Part shown: positions 1 through 12,500 of the stretch, one piece after another
Position numbering within the stretch: position 1 is the first letter of the stretch
How the letters are laid out: the number at the start of each line of letters is the position of its first letter
Source: Haplodiscus bocki
Lineage: Eukaryota
Direction: 5' to 3'
DNA: 64,000 nucleotides
NCBI GenBank assembly: GCA_965655095.1
Contig: OZ296657.1
Coordinates: 27,838,001 to 27,902,000 of the forward strand
The notes under the pieces: model-generated
Told to the model about the DNA's origin: nothing
Database searches by the model: none
The model's input: only the letters and a program-made list of their open reading frames with translations
Program-made: the position numbers and the translations under genes

Positions 1-1706
1 GCGTATTTCGTAAAAAACTGGCAGACCGGCTGGGCTCGAGATATATCTTTTAAGGTTTAGTAGCATTTTGATGAAATGCCCAAATGATCAACATAGGGGC
101 ATTGCGCTGCCCGAATATGTAACGAGTTTTTCCCTCATCCGTGAACCTGTGATTTTCCCGCCTTCCCTGGAAAAAAAACAACTTTTAATTATAAAAAATT
201 TTCTTTAGCTTCTATAAAATTTCTTTTCCGCTGAATCTTCTAAATTTGGTGTAGAAAATTCAAGAGTAGGATAAATACAGGGACCTCAAGTCCCTTCCAC
301 CTGTCGATGCAGTTTAAAAAGTAAATGCTTGGTTGTATATGGCATATACTACTTTTTTAAAAGTATATTCTTTTTCTTCTGCTTGCCCAATCTCCGTCAA
401 TTTGAAGAAGTTTATTCTGTTTCTTTGTACTGAACACTTTTCTCCTGGATTTTTCATTTTACGCTTTTCACCTGGCAAGTGGCAAATCTGAACGACATCT
501 CCCTAAAAATTTTGATCCTTGTGACCAACAAAGTGAGAATTACGGCGTTATTTTTACATAATGAAAAACACACGCGCAGGAAATACATGAATATATGATA
601 CATGAAAGTCTATAATACATGTATAAATGATAGATGAAAAAACCTATACATGCCAGCTCACTGGTTCAGACCATCCAAATTATTCTCTAGACCTCACCTA
701 TTTGTGACCAAAGGCCACCAATATACCAAGTAGCGATTATATTTGCCATTCGTTATATTATCCGAATAGTGAAATATTATTACGATTCATTATGATTGCT
801 TTAGCAGAACGAGATCAATTGTAAAGTTGCATTATTGAACGATTTTACTTTTGAGCCTTTGTGGATACAAGTCTCAGATATATTCATGCTCTTTTTTGGG
901 TGTAAGTTAATGAAACGGATTCCTAGGTGAATTAGTTGAAGTGTTTTTATATTGGTTGTGAGTGATCAAAAGGTTCATGATCGTTTAGAAGAACTCAACT
1001 CATAAAAATGACAATAACATTCAAAATAGTTACCTTTCTGAAAAGTTTGTACATACTTTGTAACTGCGATCATGAATCATTTTCATCTTCTTTTAAAATC
1101 GTAATATTCAAATAAATATCACAAGATTCGCAAATGGCCCGAAGTTTGAAAGATGGACTTTCAGTTCAAATGATGATTTCAAAGACTCCTATTTTGATAA
1201 CTTTTACTTCGGTTTTTTAAAGCTTCCCTCCGTGTTTTTTTTTACTAAAGTCGTGTTTCATTGAGTGACCACAAAAAGATTAACTGTCATATTTTTAATG
1301 CTCGTTCAGTGGTTGTTGCAAATTGGAGCTGTTTTCTATGCGGATAATTCGGTGTTTTCCACATGATATGAAAAAAAGTAGCGAAAGCGACTTTTATTTT
1401 TTTTTCATTTTCCATTAAACCACAAAAATTTCTTAGCAGAGTGGTAAAAATGAGTAACTTTTGAACTTCTAAATAGCCAAAATGAGGGGCAAAACATTAT
1501 GTCATCAAATGGAATAAATTAAGCCAATGAATTTGTTCCGTATTAGGAATAATTCACTCCATTGTCGCAATTAAGTCGTTTTGCAACAACGGCAATATTT
1601 TTGTTGGAGTACTTGTCAGAGCTCAAAATATTTCCAGCCTTCTGTCCTGAAACGGTTTTCTGAATGAAAATTGACGGTTGTTTAACTGCATCACGACAGT
1701 CCCACC

Positions 1707-2006
1707 TGTCGTACCGGCTACGTGGAGACTAGAGGATTCGCGATTGCGCCTCGAACTGGACGCTTCACTGTTGCCAGTGGATTCCATTTCAGTCCGACTC
1801 GCTAGCAAAACTCACAGTTCTTCCACTCTCATAAGTATCGGATCAGTTGCTTGTTTGATCTTTTAGTCGACTGACGCCAAGGTAAGCTCATCAGCGGGTG
1901 TTTCGTCTAATACGGGCTCCATTTCCGTTTCCTGCCTTAATCTCAGCTCAATAGTTTCAGAGGAACTATCAAGTGTTTGCGTGCCGGTTTCAGTCTCTTC
2001 ATTCAT
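1707..2006 (-). pseudogene. Decayed LTR-embedded ORF (putative Gag N-terminal portion)
   Basis: Minus frame from ATG at 2006: MNEETETGTQTLDSSSETIELRLRQETEMEPVLDETPADELTLASVD*KIKQATDPILMRVEEL*VLLASRTEMESTGNSEASSSRRNRESSS. In frame with track ORF 1623-1808; two in-frame stops; preceded by TTTTTCCGCAG. Confidence 0.55.
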
Positions 2007-2414
2007 TAACTGCGGAAAAATCCGAGGGTATTGAAAATATTGAATTTTAGTGTGAGCTGAGGTTTAGCTATAGTGATCTGATAATTAAACAGAGAGTATA
2101 AGTGTACAAATCCATGTCAATACTGATAGTATCAAAGCAAGGCTGAAATTTAGGTTCCGAGGTTTCATTCTCAACAGAGTATCATGGTTGTGTTCTCAGT
2201 GACGTTTTCGCTTGATCTGCTTCGGGTAGTCGCGCCTAGTCAGTTGTGTCTTAATTGCTGTCGCAATTAAGTCACGTGACTTTTTGGGTGCTTCTTTTTG
2301 GACATTTTCACACCTAACCTTTACATTAAATCAACCAGCACCAATTATCCACATTGAATGACGCATTTCTATATCGCACCTTCTTTTGTATTTAACTTTT
2401 CATGGATTTGACCG

Positions 2415-3190
2415 CATGAGTGATGTGATAATAGGCTCACTAATTACGCAATATAATTATTTCACGACCAAAAGCACTACTGTAATTGTTCAAGATGGCT
2501 GAAGTGAGCTTATGTGCGGCTCAGTGTAATCAATCGTGTGTACTCAGCACTAACTGAATAAGTACTTGAAATAACGTCGGTAATATTTTTCATACACATT
2601 AAAACGCTTCCCGCACGTATTTAAATAGATAGCACTAGAGTGAGGTCTACTAGAGCTCACTCTCAACAATGCACTGCTGCTGCGGGGAAAGTATGAATAT
2701 TCGAGAGTGAGGTGTGGTACGGCTCACTCTCGATGATGAATTTTGACGAAGTTTTTTTTTATTGCGCTGTAGATTGATGTGCATTATGGATCACTTTAAC
2801 TGGTGATTTTAATCAAAGTTACAACGAACAGCATTTTTGGAGCGAGGTCTAAGCCGGCTCACTCTAATCAACAATTTTCAAAGCCGCTACTACAAATTGC
2901 ACTGAAGTGATGCGTATGGCAGCTCACTTCCGATTGATAGACATTTTATGACAACTGCGGTAGTGATGTATGGTAAAGCTCACTCAATTTAAAGGATTAC
3001 TTTCAGCGTGGATGTACTGCGCTTGAGATTGACGTGTACTGCGGTTCACTCTAAATTGTAATTCATTTGTAGTTCGGTTATAGCTGCAGGAAGTGAAGTG
3101 TGCTATTCCTCACTTCCGGGTGATTGTCATATTTATGGTTAAATTCCGTAACATGAATAGCTTCAGGTGAGGAGTGTTTAAGATCGTTTT
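2415..3190. repeat. Regularly spaced array of AGTGA-N13-TCACT palindromes inside the solo LTR
   Basis: Left arms start at 2419, 2503, 2639, 2706, 2773, 2841, 2906, 2962, 3028, 3092 (degenerate at 3166). Always 13 nt between arms; spacing mostly 64-68 bp. Confidence 0.85.
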
Positions 3191-4819
3191 CCAATTTTAT
3201 AGATAGTACATAATCGCGTGCATATCGTTAGGAGAGGAAGTAAGAAGACATAATGGCGTTTGTATTGCTTGTATATAATGCTGCATATATTCGTTTGTAT
3301 TAAGTGATACTAGATATACGTAGAGGCTTCATTATGGGACATTGGCTAATCGCATAGTATAATTATATAGTTCGTATTTCCTTCATGCGAGCATGACACC
3401 ACCACAATTGATGAACAACCTGAGAAAATTACAGAAAATTGCAATGTTCTACCAGGCAACTCACCCCTCTCACAAAAATCTCATGAATCTCACAAGGAAT
3501 CTATCCTTTCAACAATTTTTACAAGGAATGCTGTAAACGTCTCGAAGAAGCCGGTCGAAATGCAGCTGCTCCGTAGAGAAATTCATAATTTGCGAAACCC
3601 AGGAGAGGATCCCTTGAATAGTTATCCACCGGAGAGTCTAAAATGTAGGGTTCTTTTGTAAGGCAGACGTCTCTCATAAAAAGTTCGATTGAAATGCAAT
3701 TTATTTGAATTAGAATATCAAACGTTTTTTGCAATTCTTTACCAAGTGATAACATGGAAATTACTGAATGTAAAATCTTTTGGATTAAGTGAAATTTGAG
3801 GAATTCGATGCATACCCGCCTACAATTTGATGCGCAAATCTCCGTCCTTTTTCTACATGTACATTGGGGCTAGACTGTTTCAGGAATCTGCTTCATTTAT
3901 TCAACTAAGTATTGATAACATGAAAAAAGGTGGCCCATATTAACTGCAATTAAAAAACTTTAAACTCTCAAAACAGCTGATGTTAGTAATCAAGTTGTCA
4001 GAATTGATTTTCAGCCTCCCTGTATCGTCCGTCAGTCAACAAAACTGACATTTCCTGTCTATCTGAAGTTTTATGAACAGCAAATTCTACATTCCAATTT
4101 TGAAAGTTATCAGAGAATATTTTAGCGAAATGGTGAGATTTTCACTTTAATGTTTAAAATCAGTGGCATTATTTCTAGAAATGATAAGATAACTTTCTGA
4201 AGTGGGATTGCTCACTCATTTTTTACTGTCAGCTGTTATGGGAGCTTGAAACTTTTACGCGTGCTTATTTTCTTGGGCTTCCTTGTAAGAGGAAGAAATT
4301 AAATAAAGATGGAGTTATTTATCAAGACTAAATGACAACCAAAAATTTGCCAGAATAATTTTGGAGAAACTAATGTTGTGTCCTCCGTAAACCATGTTTT
4401 CAGTAATTTCAATAATTCTCTGTCGGCGCAGCAGATAAGTACTTATTCGTTAACAATCAAATGACTACTTGGAGTCCAGGGATCACCACAGCATTCTTAA
4501 AAAAACAACCAACGAAACATCAACACCAATAAGCTTACACGTATTTCCAGTTGAAATCATTTGTCGGTTGATGTCACGTAGCCAACTTGCTGCATTTTTT
4601 ATGTAATCTCAGAGCACAAATAGGTCGGAAACGACCAAAGTAGGTACTGCCTGTAAGGGTCATGACAACAGTGTATTTCAAGGGGGAGCTTTTGATATTC
4701 TGAAAATTTTTCTAGTTTTCTCCCGGAGTTTTTAGCATGAGAAAGGTGGGTGTTTACTATTATTTTGATTGAAAAAAATGTTGGGTCTCTTTGGTGTTCT
4801 GGAAAATTTTGAAAAAAGT

Positions 4820-4965
4820 GATGATCACACCATGATTATGCCATAAACCATGGCAATTCTGCCAAGGAACATGGCCACATGGCGTCATCATGGCATGATC
4901 TTGACCATACTTCGCCATAATCATGGTATAATTAAGCATTGTGGCAATGTTTTTCCAACTCGGGA
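4820..4965. repeat. CATG-rich dispersed repeat copy
   Basis: CATGATTATGCCATAAACCATGGCAATTCTGCCAAGGAACATGGCC... is similar to 50870-50955 (CATGATCATGCCATGAATCACGGCGACCATGCCAAGAAACATGGTC). Confidence 0.6.
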
Positions 4966-5365
4966 TAGCAAATTATATCTGGTGGTGAACGCAGGTATTA
5001 TGCTATAGATCAGTCTCATTAAATTCTCTGACGCTTGGAAAGTAGTGGGAAGGAGAATAAAGTGTGCTGATTAGAACCGGTATATAGATAGTTAAACGTG
5101 CTATCATTGTGGAGGTTATCTTTGGTAGTGTCAAAATGTCCATAGAAGAAACAAATTCCGGCTTGAGGTCTCAGAAACGATCAATCTTTTTCTGCGCTGC
5201 ATCAAAGATTTTAAAATTTCTAGCGCTGTTGATTGTTTTTCCCCAGAATATATAACCTTTACATAGAAGAAATAATTCGGCACCGATGAGAACTGAAACA
5301 GCCCTAAATCACAGATTTATCGACCTGAATTTTTGCTGGTCAGCACGTTGCCGTTGAATGTTAAA

Positions 5366-5397
5366 AACAAGAAGGCCCGCTAGCACCGGCATATTTT
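5366..5397 (-). mobile_element. 3' terminus of dispersed Helitron-like repeat family
   Basis: Reverse complement matches AAATATGCCGGTGCTAGCGGGCCTTCTTGTT, the family end motif seen 7 times in the window. Confidence 0.55.
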
Positions 5398-8049
5398 CAG
5401 CCCAGTTACAATTTTTTTAAATCAACTATTGCAAAAAGTTAAGAAACGAGAATACTGTTTTATATCTAGATTTTCCACAGACGTCAATTCCACCTCTGAT
5501 TCGTACAATTCCTGGCTTTATTGATCTATCAGGGCTCCGAAGCAAAGTATTAAACTCGAGGTATTTTTCTGAGTCACTTTCTGAAAATTCTGAGAAAAAC
5601 CACCACAAGTTGCATTTTTGCCAATTTCGGCTATGAGAGTACGAATGCAGGCAACATATTTCGGAATATGCTTATCGAGTAACCTTATACACAGATAAAC
5701 TTGTCTACTGAGACATTGATGGAAGAAGTTCAGTCGGTAGTTTTGGAGACATATGAGTTGGAATCTTGAGACACATCACATTCATCTGAATGTTTTGGAA
5801 TTCTTAGCCAATCGAGTTTCCGCTAAGAACCATGAAGAAGCATCATACATATAGATAACTTTCGGCAATTTCGGCCTTTCAAATTTCTGAAGAAAGGATG
5901 GAATGACATTGTATGGGTTTTGAATCATCTTGTACAAAATCAAAGTTGTTAATTGAGACCTTGGCGGAAAAAATCCCGACAGTTGCTTTGAGGTGAACCG
6001 AGTTTGAATATCAAGACGAATCATAACAATGTTAAAATGTTGGCTGTATTGGCTCATCAAATCTCCGTTGCAAGGAACCAAATGAATTCTTTGGCAATCA
6101 AGTAACTTCATACGAGTAAAAAATATCGATTGATGCCCTGATGGACGAAATGCAGCCAATAGTTTAGGCGAACGAAAGCTTTGATTCTCAAAACAGTCAA
6201 AAAAATTTGCATTTTCTGGACGTTTCAGTCATTAAGGTACCTGATTTCAGGAATGTTTCGCAAAAAATTATTGAATGATGCTCTTCAATTGCAAAATTGT
6301 TTAATAAAAACTGAATGTGAGAAATTCAGGTTGTTTTGAAAAGAAATGCAGACAAATCGAACAAAAATGGATTTTTTGGCATTTTCTGTCTATCAATGTT
6401 GCGTTGAGAAAAACCAAACGCAAAAATGACTGTCTCGTACGGTTTACAGCGGCTCAAAGTGTCGATTGATACCTTGCTGAATGAAATGCAACCAGTGGTG
6501 TTTGTGAGAAGATTTGTTTTCCAGGAAAAATTACAACACCTCCCCATTTTGGCTCTATCGGTCCATAAAGTTTGCGAAGCTTGGAGATTTTCCTAGAGCA
6601 ACATCCTTGAACGATGTTCTGCGGATAGAAAAATGTTGAGTGAGACCGTAATAAAGTTTATCGAGGTGGGTATTTCGAAAAGAATCAATTCTTTTTATCA
6701 CACAATAAAGCAAATATTTACAATTTGCGCGTACAAAGTTTCCGGTCGCATAAACCCAACACAAAATTCGAGTGAATTTTTAGAAGCTGAAAAACGCCAA
6801 CTGAGACATTGGTTGAAGAAATTTTACCGGCAGTTCTGTAGCCTGCAATTCAACATTTAAGTTTGAATTCCGAGAAAAATCTTATTATGCACTTTTTGGT
6901 TGAATCCGGCCGAAAAGGTTCCCATGGAAGAACCGGTATCTAAAACATCAATGTTGGAGGAACTTTTGGAATGTTAGAAAAAGTCGACGAAGGCAATGAT
7001 GGAAAGGGAACAGCTGGCAGTTTGGAAAGAAACATTTTGATTGTGAAAGTTTTTCTTACGTAAGCGGAGGTTTGGCTTCTTTCAGTCAAAGGAGTTTTTA
7101 CTGGAAAGACCAAATCGCAAAAAAAATAGTTAGTTAACAATTTTTTCAATGGTGACAACAGTTGAGTGAGACGTTGACGGATGAAATTCATCAGGTAGTT
7201 TAGAAGTAGATTTCATTATGTTTTCAAATTACAAAACTATCTGTCTGATATTTTTAAACAAAGTTGCTCCTTGCTTCAGGTGCCATGTACTTAAACTGAA
7301 AAACTTGGAAAAAGCGGAAAGTTGGCATGTGAGAAATAGTCAATTGTGAGCGTGATCGGAGAAGTGTAGTCTGTCGTTATGGAAGAAAATGACTCAGAAA
7401 GTCAAGAAAAACTTTTATTTTTGTTTCTAAAGCCCTGTCGGTCTCCACGGATTAAGTAAAAAGCTATGTATTCCCGGAGAATGTAAATTGAATTTTTGAT
7501 TTTTCAGGCACAGATGGGTAAAAATTAACAGGAACTCCAGAAATGTTTTCAGATTAAACAATTCATTTTTTAAAAAGGGAATTCATTTTTACAAAAAATG
7601 GTAAGTTTTTTGGATAAATGAAAAGTTTCGAAAATACCGTTTTTCCCAGTTTCTCTAGAAGAATAGAGCAAATTAACTTTACTAAGTGATGCATAAAAAT
7701 GAAAGGTTTTTTGAAAACTGAAAAACCCTAAAACACATCAAATAAACTATTGAGGGACAGAAAAGTCAAAAAGTGTGTTACAGTTTTGAAAACTCAAAAC
7801 AGGCCAAAAACCTTTTGTTGCCTTCTAGATCGGAGCTACTCATTTGCAGTGACACCGCTTATATGTATCATACAAGACGGTAATTAGTCTGCAACACGAA
7901 GTTTGCGTGAGTTTTGCACATTCTGGAAAGAGAAAAGTGCTCTACTCAATTGTTTGTTTTCTTTTCCGAAAGTTTATGGATTGATATCAAAACAACTTGA
8001 GAACAGATCAAAACCAACGCTGCTTCTTTGTTCTGTGCGAAAACTTCAG

Positions 8050-8500
8050 TGAATCATCGGATGGTATCACCAAAAAAATTCGAAAATTTTTTTCTCACAA
8101 TCCCTAAAAATTAGTGAGGGGCCGTTTTTGTATTCTTGATAGTCTCTGTTGTTTCTGAGAGTTTACGGTGCTGCTCATTTGTTGGGTGCAAGCTTCTTGG
8201 TGAACTGAGGAGTAGGGTATCACAAAAGTCTAAAAATCCAAAACTTTTTGTCTCCAGAAAAATTTCATGACGGGGCTCTTCTGGTGCTTCTAAAAGTTTC
8301 TGGATGTATCAAAAAACTACGCTTAACGGTGTCTCATATTACCGAAAAGGTTCACAGAAGGGCCTTTCTGGTGTTTGCGGGGACCTGATTGTGCTTGGCA
8401 AAAATTGCTGTTGCATGCGTTGGAAAAATTGGCCGGGGAAAACAATGATGGAAAAAAGTTGAAACTTTGTCGTGATTTTGAAAAAAATAATGATAATAGA
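8050..8500 (-). repeat. Degenerate copies of the ~120-bp satellite found at 61270-62960
   Basis: Motifs such as TTTTTCTCACAATCCCTAAAAATTAGTGAGGGGCC and TTTTTGTCTCCAGAAAAATTTCATGACGGGGCTC resemble the satellite reverse complement TTTTGTCTCACAGTGCCGAAAAATTTCGTAGGGGAACC. Confidence 0.5.
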
Positions 8501-9549
8501 AAGAAACCGAAATTTTCATTTTTTGCTTTTTCATTTCATAAAGCAACAACTAAAAATTGGCGGAAAATAATAATTTTGACAGGAGTAGAAAAAAACAATG
8601 CAAACAATTTCAAAATCGTAACTTTGAAGTAAAAAGTCGAGAAAATGCTTGGATTCAAATCCGTACCCAGTGTTTCAGAATCCTGATTTCTATCCATTTT
8701 GCCATGGGAACTAATGGAATTTCAGACAAACGTCAGTCAAATCATAAACCTATATGAAAGATTGGAACTCGGACATAATATTGATGGAGAAGTTTTTGTC
8801 CTTACCGCACTGCCGAGACCATTTTTTTTAAAAACAAAAATAGTTGGCAAAATTACACTGAAAAGAAGAAAAGAAAGAAACAAGGCCCTACTGAATAGCT
8901 ATTTTTTCGCAGAATTTGAAAGATGTGGCAAAAAAATTTATTAAAGAAACAGAGCTGCTTTTTGTCCGAGGAATGGGAATTCAAATAAGTGGTTTAAAAG
9001 ATAGTACCTGAGTCATCTTTATTCTCACAACATAAATTCAAATATCCATTTGTTGAATGGCTTCCATTTATGTCAAAAAACGATATTTCAATAAAAGGTT
9101 TCTTTTTGACCATGAGGAAAAAACGAACAGGAAATAAAATGCGCTGACTTCGAAAAATCTTGCTTTGAGTGGATAAAGAAATACTTGTTCTCCTGTGTGG
9201 AGTTTTAGTATTTAGGCGCTCCAAACAAACACTCAAACGAGCGAAACGACAACCAAATAAAAAACCGTCTCGTTTCTCCTTTTCTCAGATGCAATTTTCA
9301 TAATTTTATTATTAGGCGCAGTTGCATTGCATTTTTTCCCGTCAGAACAGCCCAGAAAAGGTTGATTGAACAAACAACAAATGATTTAATTATAAAAACC
9401 ACTTTTGAGAAAAAGAAAACTGCCGATGAAGATCTTGAAGGAAATTTCAGGCCGGCGGCTTTCGGAGTTCGAAAATCGACCGAATAACAACTATAGTAAG
9501 ATAACTTCGCACTTTTGGCATATCAAGATTCCAATCTCAGGAGAAATAT

Positions 9550-11330
9550 CAGAGAAAATTTAATGTAAGAGTCATCTGAAATTATAATGCTGTCAACTCA
9601 CACCTTGACTGAAGAACTCAAAGCTATACTTTTCGAGAAGAGTAAATTGGAAAATGGGTATTGGAATATACTGGAAATACGTTTGTTCGTTTTGGCCAAT
9701 CATGTTTCCGATTCCAATTAGGAAACAATTTTTATGTTTTCGGAAATTTAGTGGATCTCCACAAGTAAAGAGCTATCAATTGACACCTTGAGGAAAAGGT
9801 GAAACAGGTAGGTTTGAAGAGATATAAGTTTATTTACTGAGTTTTTTCGAAACTAATGGCACTTTCTGGCATTTCTGGTCAAACAAATTTTGACTGGACT
9901 CAGTTAAAGCAAAAATTTGTAAACTGTATTTTCTAACACATGTAGAAGCTTCAAAATTACACATTTGGGGAAGGAGTCATGTCAGTATTTTGGAGAAACA
10001 CGAGTTTGGAAGCCGAGAAGCGTCCGTATGGATTAGTTTTAAAACCATTTTCCCACTACTAGGAATTTAACACAAAAAATTGAATTGATAATTTTCAATT
10101 GTAATACTCTTTGAAGAGCAGAAAACGTTTGACTCCAACTGTGGTGGAAGAAATTAAACCCGTAGTTACGGCGATCTTTGAGTTTGGCTACCCAAATAAA
10201 CCAATATTGTAAAATTTTCTTGCAAAGATTGGAGTACAGGGATTCTGCTGCAGTGAAAAACTTCAAAGATTTTTTAATCGAACAGACTTCGAAAAATTCG
10301 AAACTTTCGATTCAGACGTTGATGAAAGCAATCAAACATGTAAGCACGGAGAATATCGAGTTTGATTATCGAAATGAATCATTAGTAATAACTCTTCTTT
10401 GAACTTTTGAGATACGGAGAGTGCATCGAATAAAACAAAATTCTCTTTTAGGAAAATTCCACGGAAAAGAAGGATTTTTCGATCGAGATTTTGATGAAAT
10501 GAATGCAACTTGTAGTTTTGAAGAAGTGAGATTTTGAAAGTGAATGAATCAATATTAAAAGCACTTTATGAAATTTTCCGTACTTTTGTTTGGCAGACTG
10601 ATGCATGGAACAAAAACAACGATTTCTTATTCGTGGCCTCCACTACACGTTGTTCGATTTCGACGGAGAAGTTGATGTACGAATTGAAACCTGTGGTTGT
10701 TTTTGGTAAACTTGGCCCATCAGAAATATGATGTATTGCACAAACTGGATAATCCTCCTTCGGAATCGGTCACTACAATTGAGAGGCTGTCTATTGAGAC
10801 GTTTATGACACAACTGTGGCCTGTATTTTTGGGCATAAATGAGTTAGATGATAGAAAAAATTTTTCATTAAAAAAACCTTTCTGGAAAAATTAGACTATC
10901 GGAATTTTGATGCATATAACAAATATAGTGCTATTCAATCGAATACTCCTTTAGAAGTTCGAAACTTTCGACTGAGACCTTGATGGAACAAATCAAGTCT
11001 GTAGTTACGGAGAAAATGACATTCAGTATCGTGATTTGTCATTTTAATTAAATCTTTCAGGAAATTTTGTATGTTAGGTTTTCAAATGGATGGAACAAAA
11101 TTGACAATCGTCCAATCGAACAGTTCTTCAGAAGTCGATAGTTTTTGATTGAGACCCAGGCCATAAAATTTGACCCTGTAGTCTTGCAGAGAAGTGAATT
11201 TCACTACTAAGAATTCAAAGAGTAAATGTTTTTTTGGGAATCCCTCAACTTGGAGAACCTTGAGCTCTAGCTGCAGCAGGATACTGTCGAAGAATTATTG
11301 TAACTTTCAGTTCTGGAAAAACTGGGAGAA
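9550..11330 (+). repeat. Highly diverged ~180-bp tandem repeat
   Basis: Recurrent core AAACTTTCGATTGAGAC.TTGATG.AA.AAAT.AAACCTGTAGTTACGGAGAA near 10123, 10301, ~10475, ~10655, ~10785, 10962, ~11140. Confidence 0.6.
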
Positions 11331-11569
11331 AGAAATAAATTGTTAACAGAAAACTGAAAAAAGTTCATTTGTTTTAATATATTACTAAACTTCTCTACGG
11401 ATTTTCAAACCTTTCTTTCAGGTTCCATCGAAATTGTAGAAGTTTTCCCATTTTTCACAGAAGATTTTGATAAAGAAGTTTGTTTTCAGTTACGTCTGAA
11501 ACTAATCACTTTTTGAGGTAAAAGCCCAGTTTCTTTTGAGTCTTTATAAAAGTGTAAGCAATGCAGCCG

Positions 11570-11640
11570 AAAAAGAGATTCGAACCCGCCATCTCTGGCT
11601 TCCCAACCGCTAAACATGGGGACACCCCACGCATATGTAT
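11570..11640 (-). mobile_element. tRNA-derived SINE head-like fragment
   Basis: Minus strand ...GTTTAGCGGTTGGGAAGCCAGAGATGGCGGGTTCGAATCTC with Pol III B-box GGTTCGAATC; no complete cloverleaf. Confidence 0.4.
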
Positions 11641-12216
11641 TATGCAATGCCCCATAGATTCTCCTCTGCAACACGACAATCAGTGCGTCATGGCCAAAAT
11701 CAGGAAAAGGAAAAACTCCGCCTACTGAAATGAACATTTTTTCTGAAAACTTTTTTCTACGGAGAGTAATAATTTCGTTGTCAGTCTGTGAAACATAAAA
11801 TTATTGTCTCTCATGTGTTTAGTCAAAAGATCAAATATGAGCGTGATTTGAGTCTCACCTTACCAGAGAAGTTCATCAGGTCTTTATTGTCTTTACCTGT
11901 GAGATTGGAGAAATTTTGTAATGGACTTTGACTAGCTAACTCTATGTTTTCGGGGATGGTTATGTTGAACTAAGACATTTGAGTATTTGAGAGTGTTACT
12001 TTGACAGATGAAAATTTTACCTGAAGTTGGCAACACATTTTCGGTTTCTGAAATCTTGATGTGTTTCTCCCTGTTGTTTACTTTGATGAGTTTGTCGATG
12101 GATCTTTGTTAAAACTTCCATTAGCTGAAAAAGGTGCAAATCACGAACGAGATAATTTTTTTCGGATCCTAATCGTTTGCTAATATCGCATTTTTTGTGT
12201 TTCGAGTGGAAACAAA

Positions 12217-12500
12217 AACGAGACGGCCGGCTACCACCGGCATACTCTGAGCCTTCCCATTTTTGTAAAGTAGGCTCTAAAATTTCAGAATGTTTTTTTC
12301 TCTCCAAAAACACACTCCTTCTTCATCAAAATCTCTAGTTCTTCCAGCGTCCGAAGTCTAGTGATTTTCTGGCAAAAAACCTCATAAATAGAGCGGAGAA
12401 GACGTTTTAAAGACGATAAAATACTATTTGATACGCATTCTGTAGCAATTTTGCCACCTTTTGCAATTTTGAAAAAATTCAAGTTTTTTTCTCGAAAAAG
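12217..12500 (-). mobile_element. Dispersed ~370-bp repeat with Helitron-like 3' hairpin (partial copy)
   Basis: Ends (minus) in ATGCCGGTGGTAGCCGGCCGTCTCGTT. Body homologous to 12970-13341, 31905-32272 and 32605-33013 (e.g. AAAGGTGGCAAAATTGCTACAGAATGCGTATC). Confidence 0.7.

Larger units (their letters stand above)
1707..3398 (-). mobile_element. Solo LTR (~1.69 kb) of a Gypsy-type LTR retrotransposon
   Basis: Termini TGTCGT...ATGACA (TG..CA, imperfect inverted). Identical 5-bp TSD CCACC at 1702-1706 and 3399-3403. Contains a decayed minus-strand ORF running to the LTR end. Superfamily assignment is inference. Confidence 0.8.

Noticed and set aside
1563-2273. 15-bp match TGTCGCAATTAAGTC at 1563 and 2259, and hairpin ACGACAG/CTGTCGT across the LTR junction (1693-1712)
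   Set aside because: Short isolated matches with no supporting structure; may be chance.
2415-3190. Bona fide CRISPR array
   Set aside because: Eukaryotic LTR context, repeats not identical, no cas genes; reported as a CRISPR-like architecture only.
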